Of a stretch of 64,000 nt of DNA, positions 24,646-36,797 are shown in pieces. Position 1 is the stretch's first letter. Every line of letters starts with the position of its first letter. The notes beneath the pieces are model-generated. The model was not told the DNA's origin, made no database searches, and saw only the letters and a list, made by a program, of their open reading frames with translations. The stretch lies in the NCBI RefSeq assembly GCF_054482595.1, contig NZ_CM137008.1; one strand, given 5' to 3'. Position numbers and translations under genes: made by a program.

Positions 24646-25176
24646 ATGGCTATCACTGGCATCTTTTTCGGCAGCGACACCGGTAATACCGAAAATATCG
24701 CAAAAATGATTCAAAAACAGCTTGGTAAAGACGTTGCCGATGTCCATGACATTGCAAAAAGCAGCAAAGAAGATCTGGAAGCTTATGACATTCTGCTGCT
24801 GGGCATCCCAACCTGGTATTACGGCGAAGCGCAGTGTGACTGGGATGACTTCTTCCCGACTCTCGAAGAGATTGATTTCAATGGCAAACTGGTTGCGCTG
24901 TTTGGTTGTGGTGACCAGGAAGATTACGCCGAATATTTCTGCGACGCATTGGGCACCATCCGCGACATCATTGAACCGCGCGGTGCAACCATCGTTGGTC
25001 ACTGGCCAACTGCGGGCTATCATTTCGAAGCATCAAAAGGTCTGGCAGATGACGACCACTTTGTCGGTCTGGCTATCGACGAAGACCGTCAGCCGGAACT
25101 GACCGCTGAACGTGTAGAAAAATGGGTTAAACAGATTTCTGAAGAGTTGCATCTCGACGAAATTCTCAATGCCTGA
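24646..25176 (+). CDS. fldA: Flavodoxin 1
   Basis: 176 aa from [20 protein letters not shown] (ATG at 24646). Confidence 0.93.
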
Positions 25177-25381
25177 TGTGATGCGGCGTAGACTCATGTC
25201 TACGCCGTATTAATAGATAATGCCAATCAAAATAATTGCTACAAATTTGTAACTTTTGCTGTTGTACCTGTACAATGTCCCGGTGTTCAAGTGGCCTTGC
25301 CGTTGTAAATGTAAGCTGTGCCACGTTTTTATTAACAATATTTGCCAGGGACTTGTGGTTTTCATTTAGGCGTGGCAATTC

Positions 25382-25400
25382 TATAATGATACGCATTATC
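25382..25400 (+). promoter_or_regulatory. Fur box in the fur/uof promoter (autoregulation)
   Basis: tATAATGATAcgCATTATC matches the GATAATGATAATCATTATC consensus at 15 of 19 positions and overlaps a TATAAT -10. Confidence 0.6.
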
Positions 25401-25472
25401 TCAAGAGCAAATTCTGTCACTTCTTCTAATGAAGTGAACCGCTTAGTAACAGGACAGATTCCGCATGACTGA
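25386..25472 (+). CDS. uof: Upstream-of-fur leader peptide Uof (28 aa)
   Basis: ATG at 25386 encodes MIRIISRANSVTSSNEVNRLVTGQIPHD; its stop (25470-25472) overlaps the fur start. Confidence 0.7.
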   Translation: MIRIISRANSVTSSNEVNRLVTGQIPHD

Positions 25473-25911
25473 TAACAATACCGCCCTAAAGAAAGCTGGC
25501 CTGAAAGTAACGCTTCCACGTTTAAAAATCCTGGAAGTTCTTCAGGAGCCGGACAACCATCACGTCAGTGCGGAAGATTTATACAAACGTCTGATCGATA
25601 TGGGTGAAGAAATTGGTCTGGCTACGGTATATCGCGTACTGAACCAGTTTGACGACGCTGGTATCGTCACCCGCCACAATTTTGAAGGCGGTAAATCCGT
25701 ATTTGAACTGACACAGCAACATCACCACGATCACCTGATCTGCCTCGACTGCGGCAAGGTTATCGAATTTAGTGATGATTCCATCGAAGCGCGTCAGCGT
25801 GAAATTGCCGCAAAACATGGCATTCGCCTGACTAACCACAGTCTCTATCTTTACGGTCACTGTGCCGAAGGCGATTGCCGCGAAGATGAGCACGCGCACG
25901 AAGGCAAATAA
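25465..25911 (+). CDS. fur: Ferric uptake regulator Fur
   Basis: 148 aa, MTDNNTALKKAGLKVTLPRLKILEVLQ...; His-rich C-terminus. Confidence 0.95.
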   Translation: MTDNNTALKKAGLKVTLPRLKILEVLQEPDNHHVSAEDLYKRLIDMGEEIGLATVYRVLNQFDDAGIVTRHNFEGGKSVFELTQQHHHDHLICLDCGKVIEFSDDSIEARQREIAAKHGIRLTNHSLYLYGHCAEGDCREDEHAHEGK

Positions 25912-25929
25912 GCCAGTCTGAACGAGAAA

Positions 25930-25955
25930 AGCCAACCTGCGGGTTGGCTTTTTTA
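25930..25955 (+). terminator. Rho-independent terminator after fur
   Basis: gccaacc tgcg ggttggc followed by tttttt. Confidence 0.75.
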
Positions 25956-25994
25956 TGCAAGGGAAATAAGAAAAGCGAGAGTTACAGCTCTCAC

Positions 25995-26321
25995 TTATTT
26001 GTTATTACTGCGAATTTCCTGCCAGACCTTATCACAATCGGCTTTCACCGCCTGATCATTTCCGGTTTGCGTTGCACGCAGACACTGCTGATAATCCAGT
26101 ACGCGGACACTTTCCTGGTCGGCAAACTGCTGATGTTGTTTCTCTTTCTTCAGCACGTTTAACACGCTCTGGCAGGCTTCAATTTTTTCCGGCGAACCTT
26201 GTGCGGTGTTGATACAGGCGCTGTATGCCTCTTTCAGACGGCTGTCTTCCTGTGGCGCGGTTGATTGCGCACAAGCTACCAGCCCCGATGCCATCATGGC
26301 GATGAGAATCAGTTTTTTCAT
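25995..26321 (-). CDS. chiQ: Lipoprotein ChiQ (YbfN)
   Basis: 108 aa with lipobox LVAC after the signal sequence; located downstream of chiP. Confidence 0.88.
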   Translation of the reverse strand: MKKLILIAMMASGLVACAQSTAPQEDSRLKEAYSACINTAQGSPEKIEACQSVLNVLKKEKQHQQFADQESVRVLDYQQCLRATQTGNDQAVKADCDKVWQEIRSNNK

Positions 26322-26370
26322 AGCAAATTCCTCAAACGTGCGGCAGGCACAAAACCTGCCGCGTCGGGCA

Positions 26371-27777
26371 TCAGAAGATGGTGAATGGTGCGATTACCAT
26401 AAATTTCACGTCACGCTCATCCTGGAAGATGTTGCCGTAACCACCGCCCCAGCTTGGGATGTCGGAGTGGTTGTCGTATTCGGTGAAGTGCAGTTTGAAC
26501 ATCGTGCCTTTGGCGCGACCGTCCTGAATGGTGTAGACCGCATCCAGGCTGTAGGCAGACTCTTCAATAGTCCGGTTTTTGTCGTAGTACGCATCCGGAT
26601 TGCTCTGCCAGGTCGCAGGTTTAGCATCCCATGCGTAAACGTAGGAAGCGCCGATGGCGAAGCCTGGAAGATTCCAGTTTTTCAGGTCATACATCGCACC
26701 GAAGAAGACCGCTTTTTCGCCGTTGGCGTTGAAGTCAGAACGGTTATCCCACCAGATATCCAGGCGACCGTTCGAAGAAGCGTAGGTTGGAGTCATACGT
26801 TGCAGGAAGTATCCCTGCTGACCGTCAGCTTTAACCCAGGTGCCTTCGAGACGCAAATCCACTACGTCAGCCGCCCGGTAACCAAAGGTCAACGCTTGCA
26901 GCCAGGCGGTGCCGTCATAAAGATCGTTGACGCTGCGATCGTCAACTTTATCGCGGGTACCGTAGAACTGGTAGCTGGTGGTTAACGGGCTACCGGCGAT
27001 ATCAAATTTGTAGCTGGCTTTGGCAAAATATTGATCGATATACCCTTCTGCCTGACCAAATGCCGCTTCCAGTACGAAGTTATTTTTGAAGTCGTATTTC
27101 GCCCCAAGGGAGTGCAGATAATCAACTTTGGTGGTTTTATCGTTCTGATAAAACTCATCCATTTCCAGATGCCACGGTGCTTTGTATTCGTTGGTCCACA
27201 TGTAGGAGAAACTCAACGCACCAGCATCGCCGTAATCAAAATTCGCTCCGGCTTCCGCACCCTGATAAGTACCCGGCATAAAGCTCCAGTGAGGCGCTAA
27301 CAGCGTCTGACCGGTTGGCTGACTATAACCTGCCCTCGCCCAAACCGGACCGTATTTAAATTTGGCCGCAGCTTTATACAGGCTTATACCGCTTTTGTCG
27401 CCGGACCAGTCTTCGTCATAGGCTTTATTACTTTTTGAAAACGCGATTTCGTTCGGGTGAGAGCTGTCGCCGTTTTCCGCCATTTCAATCGCCGTAAACG
27501 CAGCAATATCAAGGCCGAACATATCAGCAGCATAACCGGACTGAAAATCGAGGTTGGCATTCCAGGTGGAGTGAGAAAGGTTGGTTTTGTATTTGTCGCC
27601 GTCGGTAACATCTTTACGGTCGCGTTCACGCTGCCAGTAATATATACCGCCGGTTAAGGTTGAATCGTCGATGAATCCTTCGGCGCGAGCCTCCGGCATT
27701 GCCATAAAGCCCGACATTGCTGTAACACCGGCGATAGCCAGCGCCAGCGTACTACGTTTGCCACTAAACGTACGCAT
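26371..27777 (-). CDS. chiP: Chitoporin ChiP (YbfM), outer-membrane porin
   Basis: 468 aa, signal peptide, beta-barrel-like sequence ending in Phe; recognised as ChiP. Confidence 0.92.
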   Translation of the reverse strand: MRTFSGKRSTLALAIAGVTAMSGFMAMPEARAEGFIDDSTLTGGIYYWQRERDRKDVTDGDKYKTNLSHSTWNANLDFQSGYAADMFGLDIAAFTAIEMAENGDSSHPNEIAFSKSNKAYDEDWSGDKSGISLYKAAAKFKYGPVWARAGYSQPTGQTLLAPHWSFMPGTYQGAEAGANFDYGDAGALSFSYMWTNEYKAPWHLEMDEFYQNDKTTKVDYLHSLGAKYDFKNNFVLEAAFGQAEGYIDQYFAKASYKFDIAGSPLTTSYQFYGTRDKVDDRSVNDLYDGTAWLQALTFGYRAADVVDLRLEGTWVKADGQQGYFLQRMTPTYASSNGRLDIWWDNRSDFNANGEKAVFFGAMYDLKNWNLPGFAIGASYVYAWDAKPATWQSNPDAYYDKNRTIEESAYSLDAVYTIQDGRAKGTMFKLHFTEYDNHSDIPSWGGGYGNIFQDERDVKFMVIAPFTIF

Positions 27778-28132
27778 GGGTTAATCCTCTTTGACGTATA
27801 AATTGCTGCACCAAAGGTGAACAGCGAAAAAAAATAAAAATTAAAAAAGTAGCGTTGAGAAAAGTCTCGCTGACTACAGGAACAGACTATTTTTCGCGAC
27901 GCGAATTATCAATCTCTTTCTGTAACCAGAATGTAAGAACATGAGCAACCGCACATATTTTGATGATTTTTGTTACAAGGCTTAAGTTTGCGGTTGAAAG
28001 GCTTGCAGAAGAATAAAAGCGTGAAATTCCAGCAAGATGAAAGCGGTTACATTTTATTTAATTATGTTTTGTGATTTTAAATTTATTTTATGGATAAATT
28101 GCGAAGCGGAATTAATTCGTGAAGAAAAGCAG

Positions 28133-28162
28133 AAAAAAACGCCGCAGACCGCGGCGTTTGGG
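28133..28162 (-). terminator. Rho-independent terminator downstream of glnS
   Basis: Minus strand: acgccgc ggtct gcggcgt followed by a T7 run. Confidence 0.6.
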
Positions 28163-28180
28163 ATTGTTTGCATGTCTCTT

Positions 28181-28341
28181 GCCGGATGCGGCGTGAACGC
28201 CTTATCCGGCCTACAAAAGCACGCAAACTCAATATATTGCAGAGATCATGTAGGCCTGATAAGCGTAGCGCATCAGGCAATTTAGCGTTTGAAACTGTTT
28301 GTCTGTTCCTTGCCGGATGCGACGTAAACGCCCCATCCGGC
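28181..28341. repeat. REP/BIME cluster (three REP copies) between chiP upstream region and glnS
   Basis: gccggatgcggcgtgaacgccttatccggcctac, caggcctgataagcgtagcgcatcagg, gccggatgcgacgtaaacgccccatccggc. Confidence 0.8.
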
Positions 28342-28357
28342 ATAGCGAAACTTAAAA

Positions 28358-30022
28358 TTACTCGCCTACTTTCGCCCAGGTATCACGCAGCCCAACGGTG
28401 CGGTTAAATACCGGTTTTTCCGCCGTAGAATGGCGGCTATCGAGGCAGAAGTAACCTTCACGCTCAAACTGGAATGCTTTACCCGCTACCGCATCTTTCA
28501 GCGACGGTTCAGCAAAGCCCTGTTTGATCACCAGCGATTCCGGGTTAATCACCGACAGGAAATCATCCGCAGCACCTGGGTTAGGCACGCTGAACAGACG
28601 ATCATACAAACGGATTTCAACCGGCAGCGCATGTGCCGCGCTCACCCAGTGAATAACGCCTTTGACTTTACGACCATCAGCCGGATCTTTGCTTAAGGTG
28701 TCGGCGTCATAAGTACAGAAGATGGTGGTGATATTACCTTCGGCATCTTTCTCGACGCGTTCTGCCTTAATCACATAAGCATTACGCAGACGCACTTCTT
28801 TACCGAGCACCAGACGTTTGTACTGCTTGTTAGCTTCTTCGCGGAAATCGGCGCGATCGATCCAAATCTCACCGCTAAACGGCACCTGACGGCTGCCCAT
28901 TTCCGGTTTGTTCGGATGGTTCGGCATGGTAACCATTTCGCCTTCGCCCTGATAGTTTTCGATAACCAGTTTCACCGGATCGATAACCGCCATTGCGCGC
29001 GGCGCATTTTCGTTGAGATCTTCACGGATGCAGGATTCCAGCGACGCCATCTCAATGGTGTTGTCCTGCTTGGTCACGCCGATGCGTTTGCAGAACTCAC
29101 GAATAGAAGCCGCAGTGTAACCACGACGACGCAGACCGGAAATGGTCGGCATACGCGGGTCATCCCAGCCTTCAACGTGCTTATCGGTCACCAGCAGGTT
29201 CAGCTTACGCTTGGACATCACAGTGTATTCCAGATTCAGGCGCGAGAACTCATACTGGCGCGGGTGAACAGGAATGGTGATGTTGTCCAGTACCCAGTCG
29301 TACAGACGACGGTTGTCCTGGAACTCCAGCGTACACAGAGAGTGCGTAATACCTTCCAGCGCATCGCTGATGCAATGGGTGAAGTCGTACATCGGGTAGA
29401 TGCACCACTTGTTGCCAGTCTGGTGGTGTTCAGCAAATTTAATGCGGTACAGCACCGGATCGCGCATCACGATAAACGGTGAAGCCATGTCGATTTTCGC
29501 ACGCAGGCAGGCTTTACCTTCTTCAAAACCGCCGGTACGCATTTTCTCGAACAGCGCCAGGTTCTCTTCAACGCTACGGTCGCGGTACGGGCTGTTTTTA
29601 CCAGGCTGCGTCAGGGTGCCGCGGTATTCGCGGATCTGTTCCGGCGTCAGTTCATCAACGTACGCCAGGCCTTTATTGATCAGTTCGATCGCATAGGCGT
29701 GGAGCTGATCAAAATAATCGGAGGAGTAACGGACGTTACCAGACCAGTGAAAACCTAACCACTCAACGTCGTTTTTGATCGAATCGACATACTCGATATC
29801 TTCTTTTACCGGGTTAGTGTCGTCGAAACGCAGGTTGCACTGGCCTTTATAGTCCTGGGCGATCCCGAAGTTCAGGCAGATAGATTTCGCATGGCCAATA
29901 TGCAGATAGCCATTCGGCTCCGGCGGGAAACGGGTGTGTACTGTGGTGTGCTTACCACTGGCCAGATCTTCATCGATGATCTGACGGATAAAGTTAGTCG
30001 GGCGGGCTTCTGCCTCACTCAT
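28358..30022 (-). CDS. glnS: Glutaminyl-tRNA synthetase
   Basis: 554 aa with class I HIGH motif (HIGHAKS) and MSK (VMSKR) motif. Confidence 0.95.
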   Translation of the reverse strand: MSEAEARPTNFIRQIIDEDLASGKHTTVHTRFPPEPNGYLHIGHAKSICLNFGIAQDYKGQCNLRFDDTNPVKEDIEYVDSIKNDVEWLGFHWSGNVRYSSDYFDQLHAYAIELINKGLAYVDELTPEQIREYRGTLTQPGKNSPYRDRSVEENLALFEKMRTGGFEEGKACLRAKIDMASPFIVMRDPVLYRIKFAEHHQTGNKWCIYPMYDFTHCISDALEGITHSLCTLEFQDNRRLYDWVLDNITIPVHPRQYEFSRLNLEYTVMSKRKLNLLVTDKHVEGWDDPRMPTISGLRRRGYTAASIREFCKRIGVTKQDNTIEMASLESCIREDLNENAPRAMAVIDPVKLVIENYQGEGEMVTMPNHPNKPEMGSRQVPFSGEIWIDRADFREEANKQYKRLVLGKEVRLRNAYVIKAERVEKDAEGNITTIFCTYDADTLSKDPADGRKVKGVIHWVSAAHALPVEIRLYDRLFSVPNPGAADDFLSVINPESLVIKQGFAEPSLKDAVAGKAFQFEREGYFCLDSRHSTAEKPVFNRTVGLRDTWAKVGE

Positions 30023-30183
30023 CGTGGATTCCTCAAAGCGTAAACAACGTATAACGGCGTATGATCTTATAAGCGGGACAGGCTGACAACTGTTAGTTAG
30101 TGAAAATCGAAAATCTCACTGAGATTATGGGGATGATTGATGAAAAAAAAAGCGGCAGAGAAGATCTCCACCGCTTGTCATTG

Positions 30184-30215
30184 TTGGATGCGACGCTCAA
30201 GCGTCGCATCAGGCA
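30184..30215. repeat. REP-like palindrome downstream of nagE
   Basis: ggatgcgacgctcaagcgtcgcatc, a perfect hairpin of REP type. Confidence 0.55.
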
Positions 30216-30224
30216 TAAAGCAGA

Positions 30225-32171
30225 TTACTTTTTGATTTCATACAGCGGTGTTTGACCCGCCACAACATGGCCCTGAGCTTTAATGATCAAGCCACTGAAA
30301 TCGTCGATATTACTGCAAACCACTGGGCTAATCATCGAGCGGGCGTTAGCGTTCAGGTAATCCAGATCCATTTCCAGAATCGGTTGTCCTGCGCTTACCT
30401 GCGCGCCCTCTTCCACCAGACGTTTAAAGCCTTTACCTTCCAGCGCTACGGTGTCGATACCCATATGGACGACGATCTCCGCACCTTTTTCGGTTTCCAG
30501 ACAGAACGCGTGGTTGGTGTTGAAGATTTTCACGATTGTCCCTGCGGCTGGTGATACGACGATTTTATCTGTCGGTTTCACCGCCACACCGTCACCCACC
30601 GCTTTGCTGGCGAATGCTTCGTCAGGAACCTGATCCAGTGCCACGACATCACCGGTAATCGGCGATACCAGCTCCGCGATAGATACCGCGTTTGGTACAG
30701 CCTGCGGTTTTGCTACAGGAGCGGTAGTTGCCGGAGCAGTTTCAGCAGAGGCAGCTGCTACCGGACCGCGGGCAACGACTTTCTTCATCGCATCGCCGAT
30801 GGATTCTGCTTTCGCGCCAACAATCACCTGAATAGTCTGTTTGTTCAGTTTTACTACCCCAGAAGCCCCCAGACGTTTACACATCGTATCGTTAACGCGG
30901 GCAGAGTCAGCCACGGTAAGGCGCAGACGGGTGATACAGGCGTCAATTGCTTTCAGGTTGTCAGTGCCGCCAACCGCAGCAATATAGTTGGTCGCCAGTT
31001 GATTGAGGCCTTCTTCAGTGTTGCTGTTGGCTTCTTCAGTAACGATCTCGTCTTCTTTATCTTCACGACCCGGCGTTTTCAGGTTGAACATGCGGATAAC
31101 CAAACTGAACACCACGAAGTAGATAGCGAAGAAGACAACACCCATAACCAGCAGCATCCAGACGTTCTGGCTGGCGGCCGGCAGGTTATACATCAACGCG
31201 TAGTCGATAGCCCCCGCAGAGAAAGAGAAGCCGGCATGGATACCCAGCAGCGTTGCCACAAACAGGCTGATACCGGTCAGCAGTGCGTGCAGGAGGTACA
31301 GCAGCGGAGCAAGGAACATGAACAGGAATTCCAGCGGCTCAGTCACACCGGTCAGGAACGCAGTAACAGCAACAGAAAGCAGCATCCCGCCAACCATCGG
31401 ACGACGCTCTTTCGGTGCTGCGAAGTACATCGCCAGCGCCGCACCCGGCAGGCCGAACATCATGATCGGGAAGAAGCCGGACATGAACATCCCCGCGGTG
31501 CCGTCACCAGCGTAGAAACGGTTGATGTCGCCGTGGAAAACCGTACCCGCCGCGTTGGTGAATTCACCAATCTGGAACCAGGCGATGGTGTTCAGCACCT
31601 GATGCAGACCGGTTGGGATCAGCAGACGGTTGATGAAACCAAAGATACCGGAACCCAGCGCGCCCGCAGAAACGATCCACTCGCCGCCTGCATGGATAGC
31701 GTGCTGTACCGGCGGCCAGACGTAACCAAAAATGGCCGCCAGCACCAGACAGAAGAAGCCGGTGGCGATCGGCACAAAGCGTTTGCCGCCGAAGAAGCTC
31801 AGGAAGTCCGGCAGTTTAATATCGGACCAACGGTTATAGGCTGCGCCACCAACCAGACCGGTAATGATACCCGCCAGTACACCCATGTTAATTTCTGGGT
31901 TGATGGTCACCATCGCTTTGGTTAACACAAAGTAACCTACCGCACCCGCCAGCGCCGCCGCACCTGCGCTGTCTTTCGACCAGCTGGATGCCACACCGAT
32001 GGCGAAGATTAATGCGAGGTTATCAAAAATCGCACCGCCCGCCTGGGCAATAAACGCAACGTTAAGTAAATCTGGCTGACCGAATCGCAGCAACAGTGCC
32101 GCCACCGGCAGCACCGCGATAGGGAGCTGTAACGCCCTACCGAGTCGCTGGAAAAAACCTAAAATATTCAT
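30225..32171 (-). CDS. nagE: PTS N-acetylglucosamine-specific EIICBA component
   Basis: 648 aa; EIIC membrane domain plus EIIB and EIIA domains. Confidence 0.95.
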   Translation of the reverse strand: MNILGFFQRLGRALQLPIAVLPVAALLLRFGQPDLLNVAFIAQAGGAIFDNLALIFAIGVASSWSKDSAGAAALAGAVGYFVLTKAMVTINPEINMGVLAGIITGLVGGAAYNRWSDIKLPDFLSFFGGKRFVPIATGFFCLVLAAIFGYVWPPVQHAIHAGGEWIVSAGALGSGIFGFINRLLIPTGLHQVLNTIAWFQIGEFTNAAGTVFHGDINRFYAGDGTAGMFMSGFFPIMMFGLPGAALAMYFAAPKERRPMVGGMLLSVAVTAFLTGVTEPLEFLFMFLAPLLYLLHALLTGISLFVATLLGIHAGFSFSAGAIDYALMYNLPAASQNVWMLLVMGVVFFAIYFVVFSLVIRMFNLKTPGREDKEDEIVTEEANSNTEEGLNQLATNYIAAVGGTDNLKAIDACITRLRLTVADSARVNDTMCKRLGASGVVKLNKQTIQVIVGAKAESIGDAMKKVVARGPVAAASAETAPATTAPVAKPQAVPNAVSIAELVSPITGDVVALDQVPDEAFASKAVGDGVAVKPTDKIVVSPAAGTIVKIFNTNHAFCLETEKGAEIVVHMGIDTVALEGKGFKRLVEEGAQVSAGQPILEMDLDYLNANARSMISPVVCSNIDDFSGLIIKAQGHVVAGQTPLYEIKK

Positions 32172-32290
32172 CTTATTCCCCCTACGAGAACCCTATTTGG
32201 CTCGTTTAAAGCCGTATTTTTATTGTGCTGCAAATTGTACTGCCGATGTTCTGTAATCAGATTGTTAGATCATCTGCCACAGAGTGTGTG

Positions 32291-32316
32291 AAAATTTAAT
32301 TCGTATCGCAAATTAA
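32291..32316. promoter_or_regulatory. NagC operator-like palindrome in the nagE-nagB divergent control region
   Basis: aaatttaattcgtatcgcaaattaaa, a near-palindrome centred between the divergent nag promoters. Confidence 0.45.
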
Positions 32317-32327
32317 ACGCGTGTCTT

Positions 32328-32343
32328 TTGTGAGTTTTGTCAC
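32328..32343. promoter_or_regulatory. CRP binding site in the nagE-nagB intergenic region
   Basis: TGTGAgttttgTCACc matches the TGTGA-N6-TCACA consensus. Confidence 0.6.
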
Positions 32344-32503
32344 CAAATATCGTTATCATTACTCCCTTTTACTGGCTAAACCAGAAAACTTATTTTATCA
32401 TTCAAAAAATCAGGTCGGATTGACGCCTGTCTGCGCAAATCCAGGTTACGCTTAAAGATGCCTAATCCGCCAACGGCTTACATTTTACTTATTGAGGTGA
32501 ATA

Positions 32504-34512
<2,009 letters not shown>

Positions 34513-34520
34513 GAGAAAGT

Positions 34521-35741
34521 ATGACACCAGGCGGACAAGCTCAGATAGGTAATGTTGATCTCGTAAAACAGCTTAACAGCGCGGCGGTTTATCGCCTGAT
34601 TGACCAGTACGGGCCAATCTCGCGGATTCAGATTGCCGAGCAAAGCCAGCTTGCCCCCGCCAGCGTAACCAAAATTACGCGTCAGCTTATCGAACGCGGG
34701 CTGATCAAAGAAGTTGATCAGCAGGCCTCCACCGGGGGCCGCCGCGCTATCTCCATCGTCACCGAAACCCGCAATTTCCACGCAATCGGCGTACGGCTTG
34801 GTCGTCACGACGCCACCATCACCCTGTTTGATCTCAGCAGCAAAGTGCTGGCAGAAGAACATTACCCGCTACCGGAACGTACCCAGCAAACGCTGGAACA
34901 TGCCCTGTTGAATGCCATTGCTCAGTTTATTGATAGCTACCAGCGCAAACTGCGCGAGCTGATCGCGATTTCGGTGATCCTGCCAGGGCTTGTTGACCCG
35001 GACAGCGGCAAAATTCATTACATGCCGCATATTCAGGTAGAAAACTGGGGGCTGGTAGAAGCACTGGAAGAACGTTTTAAAGTGACCTGTTTCGTTGGTC
35101 ACGATATCCGTAGTCTGGCGCTGGCGGAGCACTACTTCGGTGCAAGTCAGGATTGCGAAGACTCCATTCTGGTGCGTGTCCATCGCGGAACCGGGGCCGG
35201 GATTATCTCTAACGGGCGCATTTTTATTGGCCGCAACGGCAACGTCGGTGAAATTGGCCATATTCAGGTCGAACCGCTGGGTGAACGCTGCCACTGCGGC
35301 AACTTTGGCTGCCTGGAAACTATCGCTGCCAACGCCGCTATTGAACAACGGGTGTTGAATCTGTTAAAGCAGGGCTACCAGAGCCGCGTGCCGCTGGACG
35401 ACTGCACCATCAAAACTATCTGCAAAGCCGCGAACAAAGGCGATAGCCTGGCCTCGGAAGTGATTGAGTATGTCGGTCGTCATCTGGGCAAAACCATCGC
35501 CATTGCTATCAACTTATTTAATCCGCAAAAAATTGTTATTGCCGGTGAAATCACCGAAGCCGATAAAGTGCTGCTCCCTGCTATTGAAAGCTGCATTAAT
35601 ACCCAGGCGCTGAAGGCGTTTCGCACTAATCTGCCGGTGGTACGTTCTGAGCTGGATCACCGCTCGGCAATCGGCGCTTTTGCGCTGGTAAAACGCGCCA
35701 TGCTCAACGGTATTTTGCTCCAGCATTTGCTGGAAAATTAA
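34521..35741 (+). CDS. nagC: NagC transcriptional regulator (ROK family)
   Basis: 406 aa; N-terminal HTH, ROK Zn motif (CHCGNFGCLE). Confidence 0.95.
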   Translation: MTPGGQAQIGNVDLVKQLNSAAVYRLIDQYGPISRIQIAEQSQLAPASVTKITRQLIERGLIKEVDQQASTGGRRAISIVTETRNFHAIGVRLGRHDATITLFDLSSKVLAEEHYPLPERTQQTLEHALLNAIAQFIDSYQRKLRELIAISVILPGLVDPDSGKIHYMPHIQVENWGLVEALEERFKVTCFVGHDIRSLALAEHYFGASQDCEDSILVRVHRGTGAGIISNGRIFIGRNGNVGEIGHIQVEPLGERCHCGNFGCLETIAANAAIEQRVLNLLKQGYQSRVPLDDCTIKTICKAANKGDSLASEVIEYVGRHLGKTIAIAINLFNPQKIVIAGEITEADKVLLPAIESCINTQALKAFRTNLPVVRSELDHRSAIGAFALVKRAMLNGILLQHLLEN

Positions 35742-35788
35742 TGTGCTTTTATAGTGGCGCTTATTGTTGTCAATATTCTGGGTAGTCC

Positions 35789-36541
35789 ATGACCATTAAA
35801 AATGTAATTTGCGATATCGACGGCGTGCTGATGCACGATAACGTCGCCGTACCGGGTGCAGCGGAATTTTTGCACGGGATTATGGATAAAGGCCTGCCGC
35901 TGGTGTTGCTGACCAACTATCCTTCGCAGACCGGGCAAGATCTGGCGAACCGCTTTGCCACTGCCGGTGTCGATGTGCCGGATAGCGTGTTTTATACCTC
36001 TGCGATGGCGACTGCCGATTTCCTGCGTCGCCAGGAAGGCAAGAAAGCGTATGTGGTGGGCGAAGGCGCACTGATTCATGAACTGTACAAAGCCGGTTTC
36101 ACTATTACCGATGTGAACCCTGATTTTGTGATTGTTGGCGAAACGCGTTCCTACAACTGGGACATGATGCATAAAGCGGCCTATTTCGTCGCTAACGGTG
36201 CACGCTTTATCGCCACCAACCCGGACACCCACGGGCGCGGTTTTTATCCCGCTTGTGGCGCGTTGTGTGCAGGGATTGAGAAAATCTCCGGGCGCAAACC
36301 GTTCTATGTTGGTAAGCCCAGCCCGTGGATCATCCGCGCGGCATTAAACAAAATGCAGGCGCATTCGGAAGAAACGGTGATTGTCGGCGATAACTTGCGC
36401 ACCGACATTCTGGCGGGCTTCCAGGCGGGTCTGGAGACGATTCTGGTGCTTTCTGGTGTTTCATCGCTCGACGATATCGACAGTATGCCGTTCCGCCCAA
36501 GCTGGATTTACCCGTCGGTCGCTGAAATCGACGTTATCTGA
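35789..36541 (+). CDS. nagD: UMP phosphatase NagD/UmpH (HAD superfamily)
   Basis: 250 aa; DIDGVL HAD motif I. Confidence 0.93.
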   Translation: MTIKNVICDIDGVLMHDNVAVPGAAEFLHGIMDKGLPLVLLTNYPSQTGQDLANRFATAGVDVPDSVFYTSAMATADFLRRQEGKKAYVVGEGALIHELYKAGFTITDVNPDFVIVGETRSYNWDMMHKAAYFVANGARFIATNPDTHGRGFYPACGALCAGIEKISGRKPFYVGKPSPWIIRAALNKMQAHSEETVIVGDNLRTDILAGFQAGLETILVLSGVSSLDDIDSMPFRPSWIYPSVAEIDVI

Positions 36542-36797
36542 ATAGCAACCACGTCTCAGGGCGTGGTTTCTTATTTTTACCCATCATTAAAATCATCCCA
36601 TTCAATAAAACTCGCCAAAAATTATCGATCCATCAATAAATACATCACCACACCCTCCCCTTTTTCACAAATCAGCAATCACCATTACGTTTTTTATTTT
36701 TGCACTGCCAAATCGCTTGCGCACGGTGCTGCTTTGCGGCATTTTTTTAAACAAGCAAACACAACAAGCAACAAATACCAGGTTAACGGAGAAGGTT

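Noticed and set aside
28181-28341. Possible CRISPR array suggested by closely spaced palindromic repeats
   Set aside because: The repeats are REP/BIME palindromes, inverted relative to each other with irregular spacing and no cas genes; not a CRISPR array.
30999-31925. 308-aa plus-strand ORF antisense to nagE
   Set aside because: Shadow ORF; the His/Arg/Gln-rich translation is typical of the reverse frame of a membrane-protein gene.
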